Positions 45,397 through 57,854 of a DNA stretch of 64,000 nucleotides are shown in pieces. Positions within the stretch are counted from its first letter, which is position 1; each line of letters opens with the position of its first letter. Below the pieces are notes generated by a model. That model saw only the letters and a list, made by a program, of their open reading frames with translations. It was not told where the DNA came from and made no database searches. A program made the translations under genes and the position numbers. Source of the stretch: Heteronotia binoei (taxonomy: Eukaryota); contig NC_083236.1 of NCBI RefSeq assembly GCF_032191835.1, positions 18,848,001-18,912,000 of the forward strand, in the 5' to 3' direction.

Positions 45397-46418
45397 CTGT
45401 AAATAAATACAGAACATTCACTTACTGGCATCAAGCACACATTGTCAAGACACCGTGCTTACATATGCACAAGTTCTAGATGACAGTATTTCCCTTTGTC
45501 CCAACATCTTCCTTCTTCCTCTATTTGAGAAAGAAGCAGCACAAGAGAAATCCCTGATTGAAAACCAGCTAATCCCAGAGCTGTGGAATCAAACTGAAAA
45601 AGGAGAGGCTCAAGTTTTTCTCAAACGCAGCTCAAAACGTGAAGATATTCGTGAAATGATTCTGTGTTACTAAAAGAAACCTAAAGGGGAATCTTTGAAA
45701 GTCTGGGATTTGGCAGCTTTACTATATGGAGGAATTCACCACTAACAGAAGATGAGTAGTTAGGAAACCTTCAATGCATTCTTGGACACAAATCACTAGC
45801 CTGCAGAGCCTCCTGTTTTTGCAGTTATTTCTGAACGCTATTTAGCCAGAGTTTTATTATATTTTGTATAGCTGCAAGTTGAGGAGAAAGGGAAAGGTAG
45901 AGTATAAACATTTCAATTAAATAAATAAAATTGTACAGATACTTTACAGATACTTGTCCTAGAATCTTCATTCATTACAGCCCAGGCCACTTGTGATTTT
46001 TCCCTTTCTATACATAAGCAACTTTGTACACACATGCAACATCTCTGTTCTTCTGACGAGACACTAGTCCATCCCTTCTTGAAGGGAGATGCAATGTTCA
46101 GTTCTAGATCCCACTCTTTGGAATAATCTTCCCCAAAAATGAACTTTCAGAAGAGGGCTTTGGTCATTTCAGAAGTTTCTTATGGCATTCAGTTCTAATG
46201 ACATGACAAGAGCTACAGTCTTACTGCAATCCTGTTTTTTATTAGTTACCCTGAGTCCTTGTACATCAAGGAGAAAGGCAGGCTTCTAGCCATCTAAATC
46301 AAATCTATAATAGCAGTGGATAATTAAAGAGCAACAGAAGGCAAGTGCTTTCATGAAGCGCAGAGGTGACTGGGTCACCAGGAATGGGAGGAAGAAAGAG
46401 AGCTCGTAACTCCAATAC

Positions 46419-46486
46419 CTTTGTTGCCTGCATCCTCTATAATTTGATAGACCAATTTCTCTTGATTGTCAGATCCCTTCATTTTA
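46419..46486 (-). CDS. POLR3F: POLR3F exon 4 (KMKGSDNQEKLVYQIIEDAGNK)
   Basis: 68 bp, phase 2->1. Confidence 0.96.
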
Positions 46487-47069
46487 CTGCAAAACACAAA
46501 GGGGGACAGCAGTTAGTTCTTAAAGTGCCCGATGAGATTGGATCATTTTAGAACTGCCAAAAAAGCAGCTAAAACAACCAGCTACTAAATAACACAAATA
46601 GGGTCTTCATACTAGCCGGTCGTTTAGAAAGAGTTTTTCATGCGGACAGTTCTTCTGTGGCGGTTATGGGAGGTACAGCTGATAAGGAATACTTGATAAA
46701 TGACACACATTTGACACCCCTGCTCTAGATGGTAAATGCTACATTTAGTTGCAAATTAACATATTTTAGTGATTAGATTTGCACAATGTTTGTCAAAAAT
46801 GGAAACTTTAATTTAAATTAACAATATAGATCTTTTCAATGTTATAATTAAATCAATTAAATATAAATCTACCCTTTTCCTTGGCAATTTAACTCCCTCT
46901 ACCCTGTGGCAGCTGTGGACAGACTGACAGACAGACAGACCAATTGACACCGCCTGCCCCTTCTGCTCTCTTCAGCCATATAAAGAAACTGATTGCTGAG
47001 TTCTGCCTGGTTATCACTGTAGCAAAAGCAAAGCAGAAAAAGCACTGCTTCTTGAAGAGCAAAGGTTAC

Positions 47070-47137
47070 CCAGCATTTTGAGATTCCTTGATTCTATAGA
47101 GAAGGCCAGTGCTGCTTCTCAGAAGGTCCAGTTGTCC
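47070..47137 (-). CDS. POLR3F: POLR3F exon 3 (GQLDLLRSSTGLLYRIKESQNA)
   Basis: 68 bp, phase 0->2; poly-U acceptor. Confidence 0.96.
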
Positions 47138-47465
47138 CTAAAAGAAAAGAAAAAAAAAAAGCTAACGTTTTGCCCCATTTTTACTCGACAGTTTTCACAT
47201 TAGAAAACAACACAGAGATGGTCAGTTACAGAAATTTAAATGGATGCAATCGTATTGCTTGACAAGATTTGGACATAAAAGCTTTCCCCCTTAACTATCA
47301 CTTGATTAAAGAAAAAAACAAAATAGTGAACTGCTCAATTCACCAGTCTGAAATAATTAAAACAGAACAATTTTAAAACTATAACCCTAAAACAAACACA
47401 AATGCTACAGTGGAACTTTTTGATCCAGATCACTACATTTATTTATTTAAAATATCTATATCCCG

Positions 47466-47742
47466 GAGAGCCAGTTTGGTGTAGTGGTTAAGTGTGCGGA
47501 CTCTTATTTGGGAGAACCGGGTTTGATTCCCCACTCCTCCACTTGCACCTGCTAGCATGGCCTTGGGTCAGCCATAGCTCTGGCAGAGGTTGTCCTTGAT
47601 AGGGCAGCTGCTGTGAGAGCCCTCTCCAGCCCCACCCACCTCACAGGGTGTCTGTTGTGGGGGAGGAAGGTAAAGGAGATTGTGAGCCGCTCTGAGACTC
47701 TTCGGAGTGGAGGGCGGGATATAAATCCAATATCATCTTCTT
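47466..47742 (+). mobile_element. Squam3-like SINE, full length
   Basis: Complete head, body and tail. Confidence 0.9.
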
Positions 47743-48473
47743 TCCACAACGACTAAAGTAGTTTGAATAAGGCAGCATAAATAAGATCAATTTTTGATTC
47801 ATGGGACAGTATGGTTTCTCTTATAATAAGGCAGACAACAAAGTGACAGGCCAGATCCTCTGAAAACAAGGTGGCACTTCTATCCCGCCCCCCCCCCCAA
47901 GTATATACCAATATAGATTTTAGCAACTATCAATAAATAACATTACAAATTTGAGATCTGAAAGTATAACTAGTTCTTTCAGATGCTCAAGCAAAATTAT
48001 TTCAGGACTGGTTGGGTTCATATATATTCATTAAATCCAATGTTTTCAGAAATTGTTACAAGGCTGTATAAAAATATGTATTAAAATCTGACTGATTCCT
48101 TTGGCAAAAGCAACAGATATCCTGCACAATATTATAAATGTGGCTCAATTTATGCAGAGCAGCTCTCAAGTTCAGCTGTAAGCACTGCACTCCTAAGCAG
48201 AGTTATACCATTCTAAGACAATTACTTCAATGGCATTAGAAAGGTGCAACTAACCTTACGAGGAGGGAGTTGGGGGGTTGCTGTCAAACTGCAGCTGACT
48301 CAGGGTTTTCAAGGCAAGAGGTGCTCATGCCTCCGTACAGCTGCAGTAGACTAACAAGCCTATCCTCTACCCCCTGAAATCCAGCATTTTAGACTATTTC
48401 CCAGTTTAAAAAAAAAAATGGGTTCAAGAGATCCAGCACAGTTTAGAAACTCATGGAGCTGGAAAGTTCTTAC

Positions 48474-48591
48474 CATGGAGAGTAGCCTGTTAATGGCCAT
48501 GGCCCGCTGCTGAGCCTCCATATGGGGCATGTCATTCTGAATCACCTGGTCTGTGATGCCGTGGGGAAACTGATGGCACAGCTCAAGAATC
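48474..48591 (-). CDS. POLR3F: POLR3F exon 2 (ILELCHQFPHGITDQVIQNDMPHMEAQQRAMAINRLLSM)
   Basis: 118 bp, phase 2->0. Confidence 0.97.
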
Positions 48592-49212
48592 CTGGGCAAA
48601 GCAGAACAAGCAAGCACAAAATACTCAGATGCAGGAACCACACTGTACACCTCAGCTGTTGCTCTACCCTCTTCCCTCCACTGTAGTGAGCTTCATGTAC
48701 CAGTGATGCAGCTGAAGTTCAGAACTGGGGAGTGTGGACTGGAAAATGTAAGAACCTGCTTGTTACAAGAAGAGGTCATTACCAAATTCAGTTGGGCTCT
48801 GCTACAGCACCCATCCTCTCCCTCACCCAAACGCACCTGGCATTCTGCAAACTATACAAAGCTGAATTGTTCAAGATAACATTTTTACACAAGGAAAGAA
48901 GGCTATGAAATGGTCAGGAAGATGCTTTAATAAAGGAGCGTGGACCATATTACTGTGTTTTTCTGTTTCAGCTGTTTTAACTTACATTCAGTTTTAACAC
49001 GCTATCATAATACTAGTTGCACTGTTTCAACTTTGGTCCTATTACCTTGCTTACTGGATGTCACATCCTGTTGTCTGTGTTAGCATGCGCTGTGTAATCT
49101 ACCTTGATTTTCAGTGAGAAAGGCAGATCACAAGCAGCATAAATAAAAAACGGGAAGGCTTCCGTGCCTTGCTCCTAGGGCTAAAGAATGGGAACATCCC
49201 TACACACTACTT

Positions 49213-49452
49213 AGGAAAGGAAAGGTCACCTGTGCAAGCACCAGTCGTTCCCGACTCTGGGGTGACATTGCTTTCACATTTTCACGACAGTTTTTACGGG
49301 GTGGTTTTGCAATTGCCTTCCCCAGTCATCTACACTTTCCCCCCAGCAAGCTGGGTACTCATTTTACCAACCTCGAGCCGGCTACCTAAAAACCCAGCTT
49401 CCACCAGGGATCGAATTCAGGTCGTGAGCAGAGCTTAGGACTGCAGCTTTAA
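49213..49452 (-). mobile_element. Sauria SINE fragment
   Basis: aagctgggtactcattttacc and gccttccccagtcatctacac are reverse complements of Sauria SINE body and tail. Confidence 0.75.
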
Positions 49453-49849
49453 CACTCTTAGCCCTCTGGAAAAACTTGCACTTCCCAGGGTTCCCAAACC
49501 CCAGGACACAGCCAATGTAGCAAACCTCCGTGGCAAAGCTGGTCTTGGGGAGGGGGGCTGACATCGCATCGCCTGTCCTAAAGTTGCCAACCCTGGGTTT
49601 GGAAATACCGGGAGATTGGAGAGCGGAACCTAGGAGGGCGGGCTTAAGGGAAGGGGAGGGACCTCAGCAGGGTGTAACGCCACACACAGTCCACCTTCCA
49701 GAGCAGTTATTTTCTACAAAAGTCGAATATACGTTTTAAATAGTATACGTAGTCTGGCGATCAGCTGTAATTCCGGGAGGTCTCCAGCTCCTACCTAAAG
49801 ATTGGCAAGCCTATCAGGGCAAGTGCCATTCGTGGCACTGGGAGGGCCA

Positions 49850-50275
49850 GACAACTTCACAACGGAAGCCCGCTCTTTGGGCAAGAACGGAGGGCAACGA
49901 GCCCACCGAGGAGCTGGGGCTACCTGCTCTCGATCTCCAGCGGCTCCGGCGCCTTCACCTCCGCCATGACGACAAGCCGCGGCCTGAGCAGCCAGCCCGG
50001 CGCATGGAACCCCGGCGCGCAGATGACGTCACCAGAAGGCGCCGCCAGAGGCTCCGGTCGCCTTGGAGACGGCGTCGGCACCCTTCAACCTGTCCCTGGA
50101 GCGGCGTCGGCGGGATTTGGCTGGCTGGCGGGCCGTCTTTGCAGGTGTGACGCTGGGGAGAGCGGGACGGGCAGCCGCAGGGAAAGGTCGAGGGCCTCGC
50201 CGGGCCTAGCCTGTGCCCCGCCCTTCCTCCTCGCAACGAAAAATGTCCTGAGCCTCACAGCAGTCCTGCGAGGTG
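49850..50275. promoter_or_regulatory. CpG island, POLR3F/DZANK1 bidirectional promoter
   Basis: Densest CpG stretch in the window; perfect CRE TGACGTCA at 50024-50031; POLR3F ATG at 49967; DZANK1 diverges on +. Confidence 0.85.
49924..49967 (-). CDS. POLR3F: POLR3F exon 1, coding part (MAEVKAPEPLEIES)
   Basis: gtcATGG Kozak context; AG|gtagcc donor in phase 2; human starts MAEVKVK...VEIENR. Confidence 0.93.
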
Positions 50276-50897
50276 GGCTCTGGGGAAGCCTCCAGGGTTC
50301 CTTGGGGAGGTACTAAAGACGCTGCCTTAATCGGGTTCCCCATTTCCTGAAGTTTTTCCTAGCCATGATGAGCAGCCATATAAGGGGAGGGTAAGGCAAG
50401 TAACTGACGTGTAGTGTTGTGGCCCTATGGAGTATCCCTTTTGCAAATTTTCAGAACCGTAAAGGAGTCACCTAAAAGAACTTGAGTTGCAGCCTGGGGA
50501 CAAGTAGACTCTGGGATAGTTTAGACTGCAGTTCTCCAAAAGACACTGAAATAGTAGCCAAGTTCATTTTTCCGGCCACCATGATTCCTCAAAGGATTTT
50601 GTAACCATAGCTTTAAACTGGTAACGATGTTTCTAAATTTTAACTGTATCTTTTGTATTTTATGGGAGTTTTTTTATTCTGTATACCTCGGTAATCCTTT
50701 GTATAATTGATTTCTTTTATGCCAATAAAGGCTGATGTTGATGATGAGACTGCAGTTCCAGTATCTAGCTACATTCTAGCAGGAATTCCTTCATTTAGGG
50801 GTATAACCTCCCTGCCTTCTCAGAAACCTGCTTTAGATAACTCTCAGATCTAAAGTGTTCTGAAAGCATGGAAGTATTACATCAGTGTATCTTGACC

Positions 50898-51157
50898 GGT
50901 GTAGATGACTGGGGAAGGCAATGGCAAGGAAAGGAAAAGTCTCCTGTGTGAGCACCAGTCGTTTTCAACTCTGGGGTGACGCTGCTTTCACAACGTTTCC
51001 ACGGCAGACCTTTTTATGGGGTGGTTTGCCATTGCCTTCCCCAGTAATTACACTTAAACCACCCCTGAAAAAGTCTGCTATGAAAACGTTGTGATGCGAC
51101 ATCACCTCAGAGTCGGAAACGACTGATGCTTGCCCAGGGGTCTACCTTTGCCTTTTT
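50898..51157. mobile_element. Sauria SINE tail with an inverted copy of the same family nested inside
   Basis: Order A(50898-50927), B'A'(50928-51055), B(51056-51157). Confidence 0.8.
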
Positions 51158-51599
51158 ATCTTGGAGGAGATATGCCAGCATAAGGCACAGCATAAGGCCC
51201 CCAGCATCTGATTTCTATTTGGGACTACTCTGTGCATTCTGTCACTTGAGTTCTCTTATCTACTGTAGGTACCTTTAAGACCAGCAAAGTTTTATTCTGG
51301 GTATAAGCTTTTGTGTGGACGCACACACAACAGTTTATACCCAAATTACAATTCTGTTCATCTGAAAGGTGTCATTGGACTCAAACTTTGTGCTGCTGTG
51401 TCAGACCAACACAGCTACCCACCTGAATTTACGGTAGGTACGTAGCTCAGTTCAAGCGTAGATTCTTCTATTCCTAGATTTGTACATAGCAAAAATAATT
51501 ACTACTATCTTTCAGTTAAATTTCACTTTTTGCAGTCAGGAATTTCTTGAGGTTTCTAGGTTCTCCTTTCTGTTCCTTGCAGCCATAGAATCTGGAAAG

Positions 51600-51771
51600 A
51601 TTCCAGTAGGCAGCCGTGTTGATCTGAAGCAATAGAACACAGCAGTAGACAAGTTCACCTTTAAGACCAGCTACGTTTTATTTAGAATGTAAGCTTAAGA
51701 GCATATGAGAGCTTACATTCTAAATAAAACTTAGTTGGTCTTAAAGGTGCACTTGTCTACTGCTGTGTTCT
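51600..51771. mobile_element. Penelope-derived foldback element
   Basis: 64-bp inverted arms (51632-51695 / 51710-51773) with 3 mismatches; flanking duplication atagaatctg(g)aaag. Confidence 0.85.
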
Positions 51772-52130
51772 ATAGAATCTGAAAGTTTACCTTCGTGTAA
51801 AGTGTGCTATGTCTCCCTCGTACCTTACCTTCATGTAAAGTGTGCTAAGTCTCCCTCGCACCTTTTGCGATATGTCTTTGCAGCTAAATGCTTTTAAACA
51901 AAAGTTTGTTAGAGATTCCTAATTGCTAGATGCAATAAGTGCAGTCCCATCATGGATTCTGAAGCAATTCCCAAAGTAATCCAGCAATAAGACTCAGTTT
52001 GAGTCAAACAGGAATTCAGTTTCACAGTAGTCTAAGATTTAAAGGAAGTGTTGATTTGTTACTGCACTCTTCTGTTTCAATTAGTAATCATGCTAAAAAT
52101 AATATATTTTGCTTTATTTTTAATCTATAG

Positions 52131-52331
<201 letters not shown>

Positions 52332-53105
52332 TGACTCCGTCCTGCAAATATATTTTTGACTATATTTAAATTGATAGTTCCATCAGGATTGGAAGAAAAA
52401 TTGGAAGAAGTCTATATAATTAATAATAAAATTACTTGTTAAACACTTTAACATGTCTGAAGAGTTTTTAATGTTTTCATTAGTGAAAGGGAATTTTAGA
52501 AGTTTTGTGTTCTGAAGATTTCTTTTGTATTTTTATATTGGAAACCCAGTCCAATTTCATATAGACTTTTCAATTTATGAAGGTTGTCATGAGTTTGCTT
52601 TACATGGAATAGTTTTTGTTTTCACACCATTAGTATTGAAATGTTTTGAAAGAACGAAACGTGTATCATATAAAGTTACATTAAATGGAGGCTTTTATGC
52701 TGTTTTCTCAAATTTGGTGAAACCAGTCTTCTGAGACACTCTGATCTACTCCCCTGTAATTTACATATTTCCATGGTAAAATTTGGCGAAGTATTTCTCT
52801 TTGTCTCTGGTCTAGTTGCCTTCTGCTGAGATATATGTGAATATGTATTTGGATTTATCTTTTGAAGTAAATACAGATATGTGTATATTAGGATTTAGCT
52901 TTTGATGCGAATACAAATATGTATATATGTGGGATCTTGAGTGCTTGAAACTACTGATTTTCTTGCAGTAACTTATGTGGAGGCCATGCATTTATGTATA
53001 AAATTACTTTTTCCCAAATACTCAACTAAGTTTGTTCTTGTGGCTTAAATTTGTGATTATTAATGTTTTTTAAATTAACCAGGCTGGCTTTGTAAGCATT
53101 TTTAA

Positions 53106-53291
<186 letters not shown>

Positions 53292-53354
53292 TAAGTATTA
53301 TATTTGTTGTTTTGTTTCAGATTTCCTGTACCACGTATCTATAGCAGTATATAC

Positions 53355-53489
53355 CGGGGGTGGCCAACGGTAGCTCTCCAGATGTTTTTTGCCTACAACT
53401 CCCATCAGCCCCAGCCAGCATGGCCAATGGCTGGGGCTGATGGGAGTTGTAGGGGAAAACATCTGGAGAGCAACCTTTGGCCACCCCTG
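53355..53489. mobile_element. Palindromic hAT MITE
   Basis: Almost the whole element is a hairpin; TSD gtatatac; second copy at 61850-61987 with TSD caatagaa. Confidence 0.9.
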
Positions 53490-54699
53490 GTATATACAAT
53501 AAACTAAGTACAGTACAACAGATCAATTATAGTTGCCAAACAACAAACTAACAGTCCCAAAAACAACTAAAAGAGCAACAGCATCTGAAAGCAGATTTCA
53601 TGACAGCCAGAATGAGGCAAAAGAAGTAATCAAGAGGAACAAGAATCAACTAATTAAAATCTGGCTGAATAAAAAATCTGGGCCTGGTGCTGAAAGATGT
53701 TCAACAATGGTCCCAGGTACAAGGAGAGCATTCCAGGGCCTGGGAGTAATGAACCACTGAAAAGACCCCCTCCTTCTTGACCTGAAGAAGGGCCTGAGAT
53801 GCTGAACATGGTGGCCAGGTAGAATTCTGTGAGAGCAAGCCAGTCCTTCAAGTACCCTGCTCCTTGGCTTGATTGTGGAGTGGGAAGGAACAGGTCAGTA
53901 GTCATATGCTGCCTCTAGTCCACCCATTAACAATGTTGCATTTGGGGCTAATGAAAGCTTCATGTCTTTGGGGGAGCTCCATGTAGAGTATTATAGGAAT
54001 CTGATGGAAACTTACTTTCAAGAGAATCTGCCTTGTAGCAGATTCTCTAATAAATCAAATTCTCCAAGTGGTAGCAATGTCACAGACAAGCCCTTTTGTG
54101 GAGACTCTGAGTTCTGGATAAAACTCCCAGCAATTTGCTAGAAGTCCAATTTCCTAACAAGCCTTGAATCCACCATAAGCGAGAGAATATTCCTGAGAGA
54201 ATATATGCTCTTGACACCAATTAAAATGGGTTTTCTAACCCCTGAAAGAAAGATATTATAATATTTAAAAAGCACAGGGCTTTTTTGAAGCAAGAACACA
54301 CAGGAAAGCAGTTCCGGATGGTTTGGGATCAGAGAGTGTGGCCCAATATGCAAATGAGTTCCTGATGGGCTTTTTCTACAAAAAAGCCCTGAAAACACAG
54401 GAATTACAGAGAGAAAGTTAAATATTAGTATCATCATATAAAGTAACTATGTTTTCACCCTTTATCCTCCTTTTCAAGAGGGATGAAGCAGCACAATCTT
54501 GAAGGGAATTTTCAGTCCAGAGAGCAGTGCTCAAAACAACCAGAGTTACAACTCTTTTCACTGAATACAAGACCATGGTTATATTTTTTTTACTTTCCAC
54601 AAGAACAGGGACTTCAAGCAAGTTGGCTTCTTCCCAATGCCAATACCTACTGCCAACAATAAACAATCTTCCAAATAAGTTAAATGTACATTAAGTGTT

Positions 54700-55790
54700 G
54701 ATTTAAATTTCTATTAGATGATGTATCAATGGTATATGTCTCCAGAAAAATTAGCTAAAATGTATAAAAATATTCCAAATAAGTGTTGGAAAAGTGAGCA
54801 ACAAGTAGGAGCATTTTATCATTTATGGTGGACATGCTCTAAAGCTAGAAAGTTCTGGATATAAATACATTCCATTATTCAGAAAATTTTAAAGACTAAT
54901 ATTCAATTGAAACCACAGGCTTTTTTGCTGGGATTAATGGATAGCTAACTAGAAAAAAAACAGATGGAACTTTATTTGTGTACTTGATCATGGTAGCAAG
55001 ACTATTATATGCTCAGAAACAGAAATCTTCAGTAATACCTGCAATAGAAGAATGGATAGTGAAGATGATGGAACTTGTGAAGATGGCTTCTTTGATTAGA
55101 GAAATGACATTAATTCTCTAATCAACTTCTTTGATTAGAGAAATGACATTAATTGCATTTAATTGCAAGGTGTTAGTCCTTACCTTTAAGGCCTTATATG
55201 GCCAAAGGCCGGCATATCGTCAGGACTGCCTCTCCCCATATAAGCTCCCCCGGGTTTTGAGATCTGCTGCACAACATCTTATTGTGGTCCCTGGTCTCAA
55301 GGACACCCGACTGACTTCAACGAGGGCTAGGGCCTTTTCGGTATGGGTCCCTACCTGATGGAATAAGCTCTCGCTAGAGATCTAGGCCCTGTGGGACTTA
55401 TCGAGGTTTTACAGGGCCTGCAAGACAGAGCTCTTCTGCCAGGCTTTTAATTAATCCGGCAGGCATCCCTTTGGTATTAACTGGTCTCCCTATCACCACT
55501 GTGCTGTGTTGATAGATATCAGCCTATATGCTGTTGTTTGGCTTGCCGTCTGTGTTTGTGATTCAGTATTGCCTTTGTTTTTATACTGTTATGTTTTTGT
55601 TTTATTTTTATTCTGTAATAGGTGTCTAAATTTCTGTTGTAAGCCACCCTGACCCCGCTTGCAAGAAAGGACAGGATATAAATCTAAAAATTAAATTTAA
55701 ATTAAATTATAGCTAGTTGGAAATCCCTTATGGATTTTTACATGAAATATTTAAAAAGTGAACTGATGAATTATGGTTTTGAAGAATAAG
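54700..55790 (+). mobile_element. L1 ORF2 3' fragment interrupted by an L2 3' fragment (~55150-55710)
   Basis: L1: WYMSPEKL...CWKS...[15 protein letters not shown]; L2: KVLVLTFKALYG...LRSA...RARAFSV. Confidence 0.8.
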
Positions 55791-56271
55791 AGGACATGTA
55801 ATGAATGATCCCCTGTCACCTTGAAAAGAATAAACCAGTAGTCACTTAAATAATCAAGTTCTCAATGAGGGCTGTTTCAAAAGAATAATCAAGTTAAATA
55901 ATCAAGTTCCCAATGAGGGCTGCTTCATCATTTCTTTCAATAGTAGCACAATCCCTTCCTTGAGGTATTACCTACCTCTTACATCCATCAAGGTATATTC
56001 CTCCTGTAGTGTTCTGTTAAAAGGTTAGTAGACAAAATTTGGTGAGGATGTAGAGATAGGTCTCACCTCTCTGAGCAGCTTTTTGCCATCAAGTGTCTAT
56101 TTTGTTAGCCTTTTTCTCGGTAGCCCTTGGTGACAGACCATCTCATGTACCAGTGACATGAGGCCCAGGAAGTTTCAGTCCATCTACAATATGGAGTTAG
56201 TAGAGAAGGAACAGAAACAGGCATTATTCAGTACTGCTCTCATTATATGCCAAATAAAACCTTGAATGAAA

Positions 56272-56863
56272 AAGAAGAAGAAGATATTGGATTTATATCC
56301 CGCCCTCCACTCCGAAGAGTCTCAGAGTGGCTCACAATCTTCTTTACCTTCCTCCCCCAATACAGACACCCTGTGAGGTAGATGAAGATATTGGATTTAT
56401 ATCCCGCCCTCCACTCCGAAGAGTCTCAGAGCAGCTCACAATCTCCTTTACCTTCCTCCCCCACAACAGACACCCTGTGAGGTAGATGAAGATATTGGAT
56501 TTATATCCCGCCCTCCACTCCGAAGAGTCTCAGAGCGGCTCACAATCTCCTTTACCTTCCTCCCCCAATACAGACACCCTGTGAGGTAGATGAAGATATT
56601 GGATTTATATCCCGCCCTCCACTCCGAAGAGTCTCAGAGCGGCTCACAATCTCCTTTACCTTCCTCCCCCACAACAAACACCCTGTGAGGTGGGTGGGGC
56701 TGGAGAGGGCTCTCACAGCAGCTGCCCTTTCAAGGACAACTTCTGCCAGAGCTATGGCTGACCCAAGGCCATGCTAGCAGGTGCAAGTGGAGGAGTGGGG
56801 AATCAAACCTGGTTCTCCCAGATAAGAGTCCACACACTTAACCACTACACCAAACTGGCTCTC
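56272..56863 (-). mobile_element. Squam3-like SINE with four tandem 104-bp tails
   Basis: Units start at 56280, 56384, 56488 and 56592; head at 56863. Confidence 0.92.
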
Positions 56864-57854
56864 CTTACATTGACAGCCTTTAACTCATTACAAATTCATA
56901 GCATTAAAAGTCTGAGCGAGGGGGGGGGAGGGGAGGGACAATTTGGGGAGAACTGTTAGGGGGAACAGCTCCCAAGAAATATTTTCTGCTGGAATGACTG
57001 AAATGCCTCTTAACAAGGTTTTTCTCACTCAAAATGTTTGGCATGGAAGAATTCTACTTTTTCAGTGGGGAAGTTGAGAAATCAGGGGAAGCACTAAAAA
57101 ACCCGAGAATATTTTCTCTTTTAGAGTGAATGAACTGCTTTTTAAAACAGTGGGTTTTGCACTCATAATGTGTAGCATTTAAAAGTCTGAGGACTATCAG
57201 GGGAAGCACAGAAAAAAACTCCTTTGATTTTTTTTTCTTTCAGGATGAGTAAAATCAAAGACAAGATAATATGAAAATGTTTTTGTAAAACAATCTTTGT
57301 ATAGTGATAATTCTTTTAATACTGTGAGACATACAAAACATTTTCAAGAAGAGTTTTCTGTTTAAATGAATATGATTTTTACAACAGTATGCTTTGATTT
57401 GTTTAATGATAATACATTATTAAAGAGTTTGGTGGCAAGGTCGTTATCAGTGTTATAAAATTTAATATCCAAACATGCTGGTACTCCATTTTTTGTGCCT
57501 ATATAAGAGTGTTTTTGTCCAAATAAAGTTTCCTCTGTTTACTACAGAATTTGTTTTCTATATTCAGCTGTTATTTTTACCTGCCGCTCAGATGGCAAAA
57601 AATGAAAATACATGTGCGATGGTAGTATAGGGTATGCCAGTTTTCCAACTCTCTCAAGTATGGAGTGTGCTTGCAGTTTTTCCTCATAGGAAACAAAGAC
57701 ATAAAGGAAGCAATCCTAAGTAGGTCTACTTAGAAGTAAGTCCCATTTTATTCAATGGTGCTGGAGCTCTCAAGAGGAAAATGAAGGGGAAACACACAGA
57801 TGCCCCTCATGAACTTTTAAACATTTTTTGAGAATTTTGTTTTCACAATGAGGT

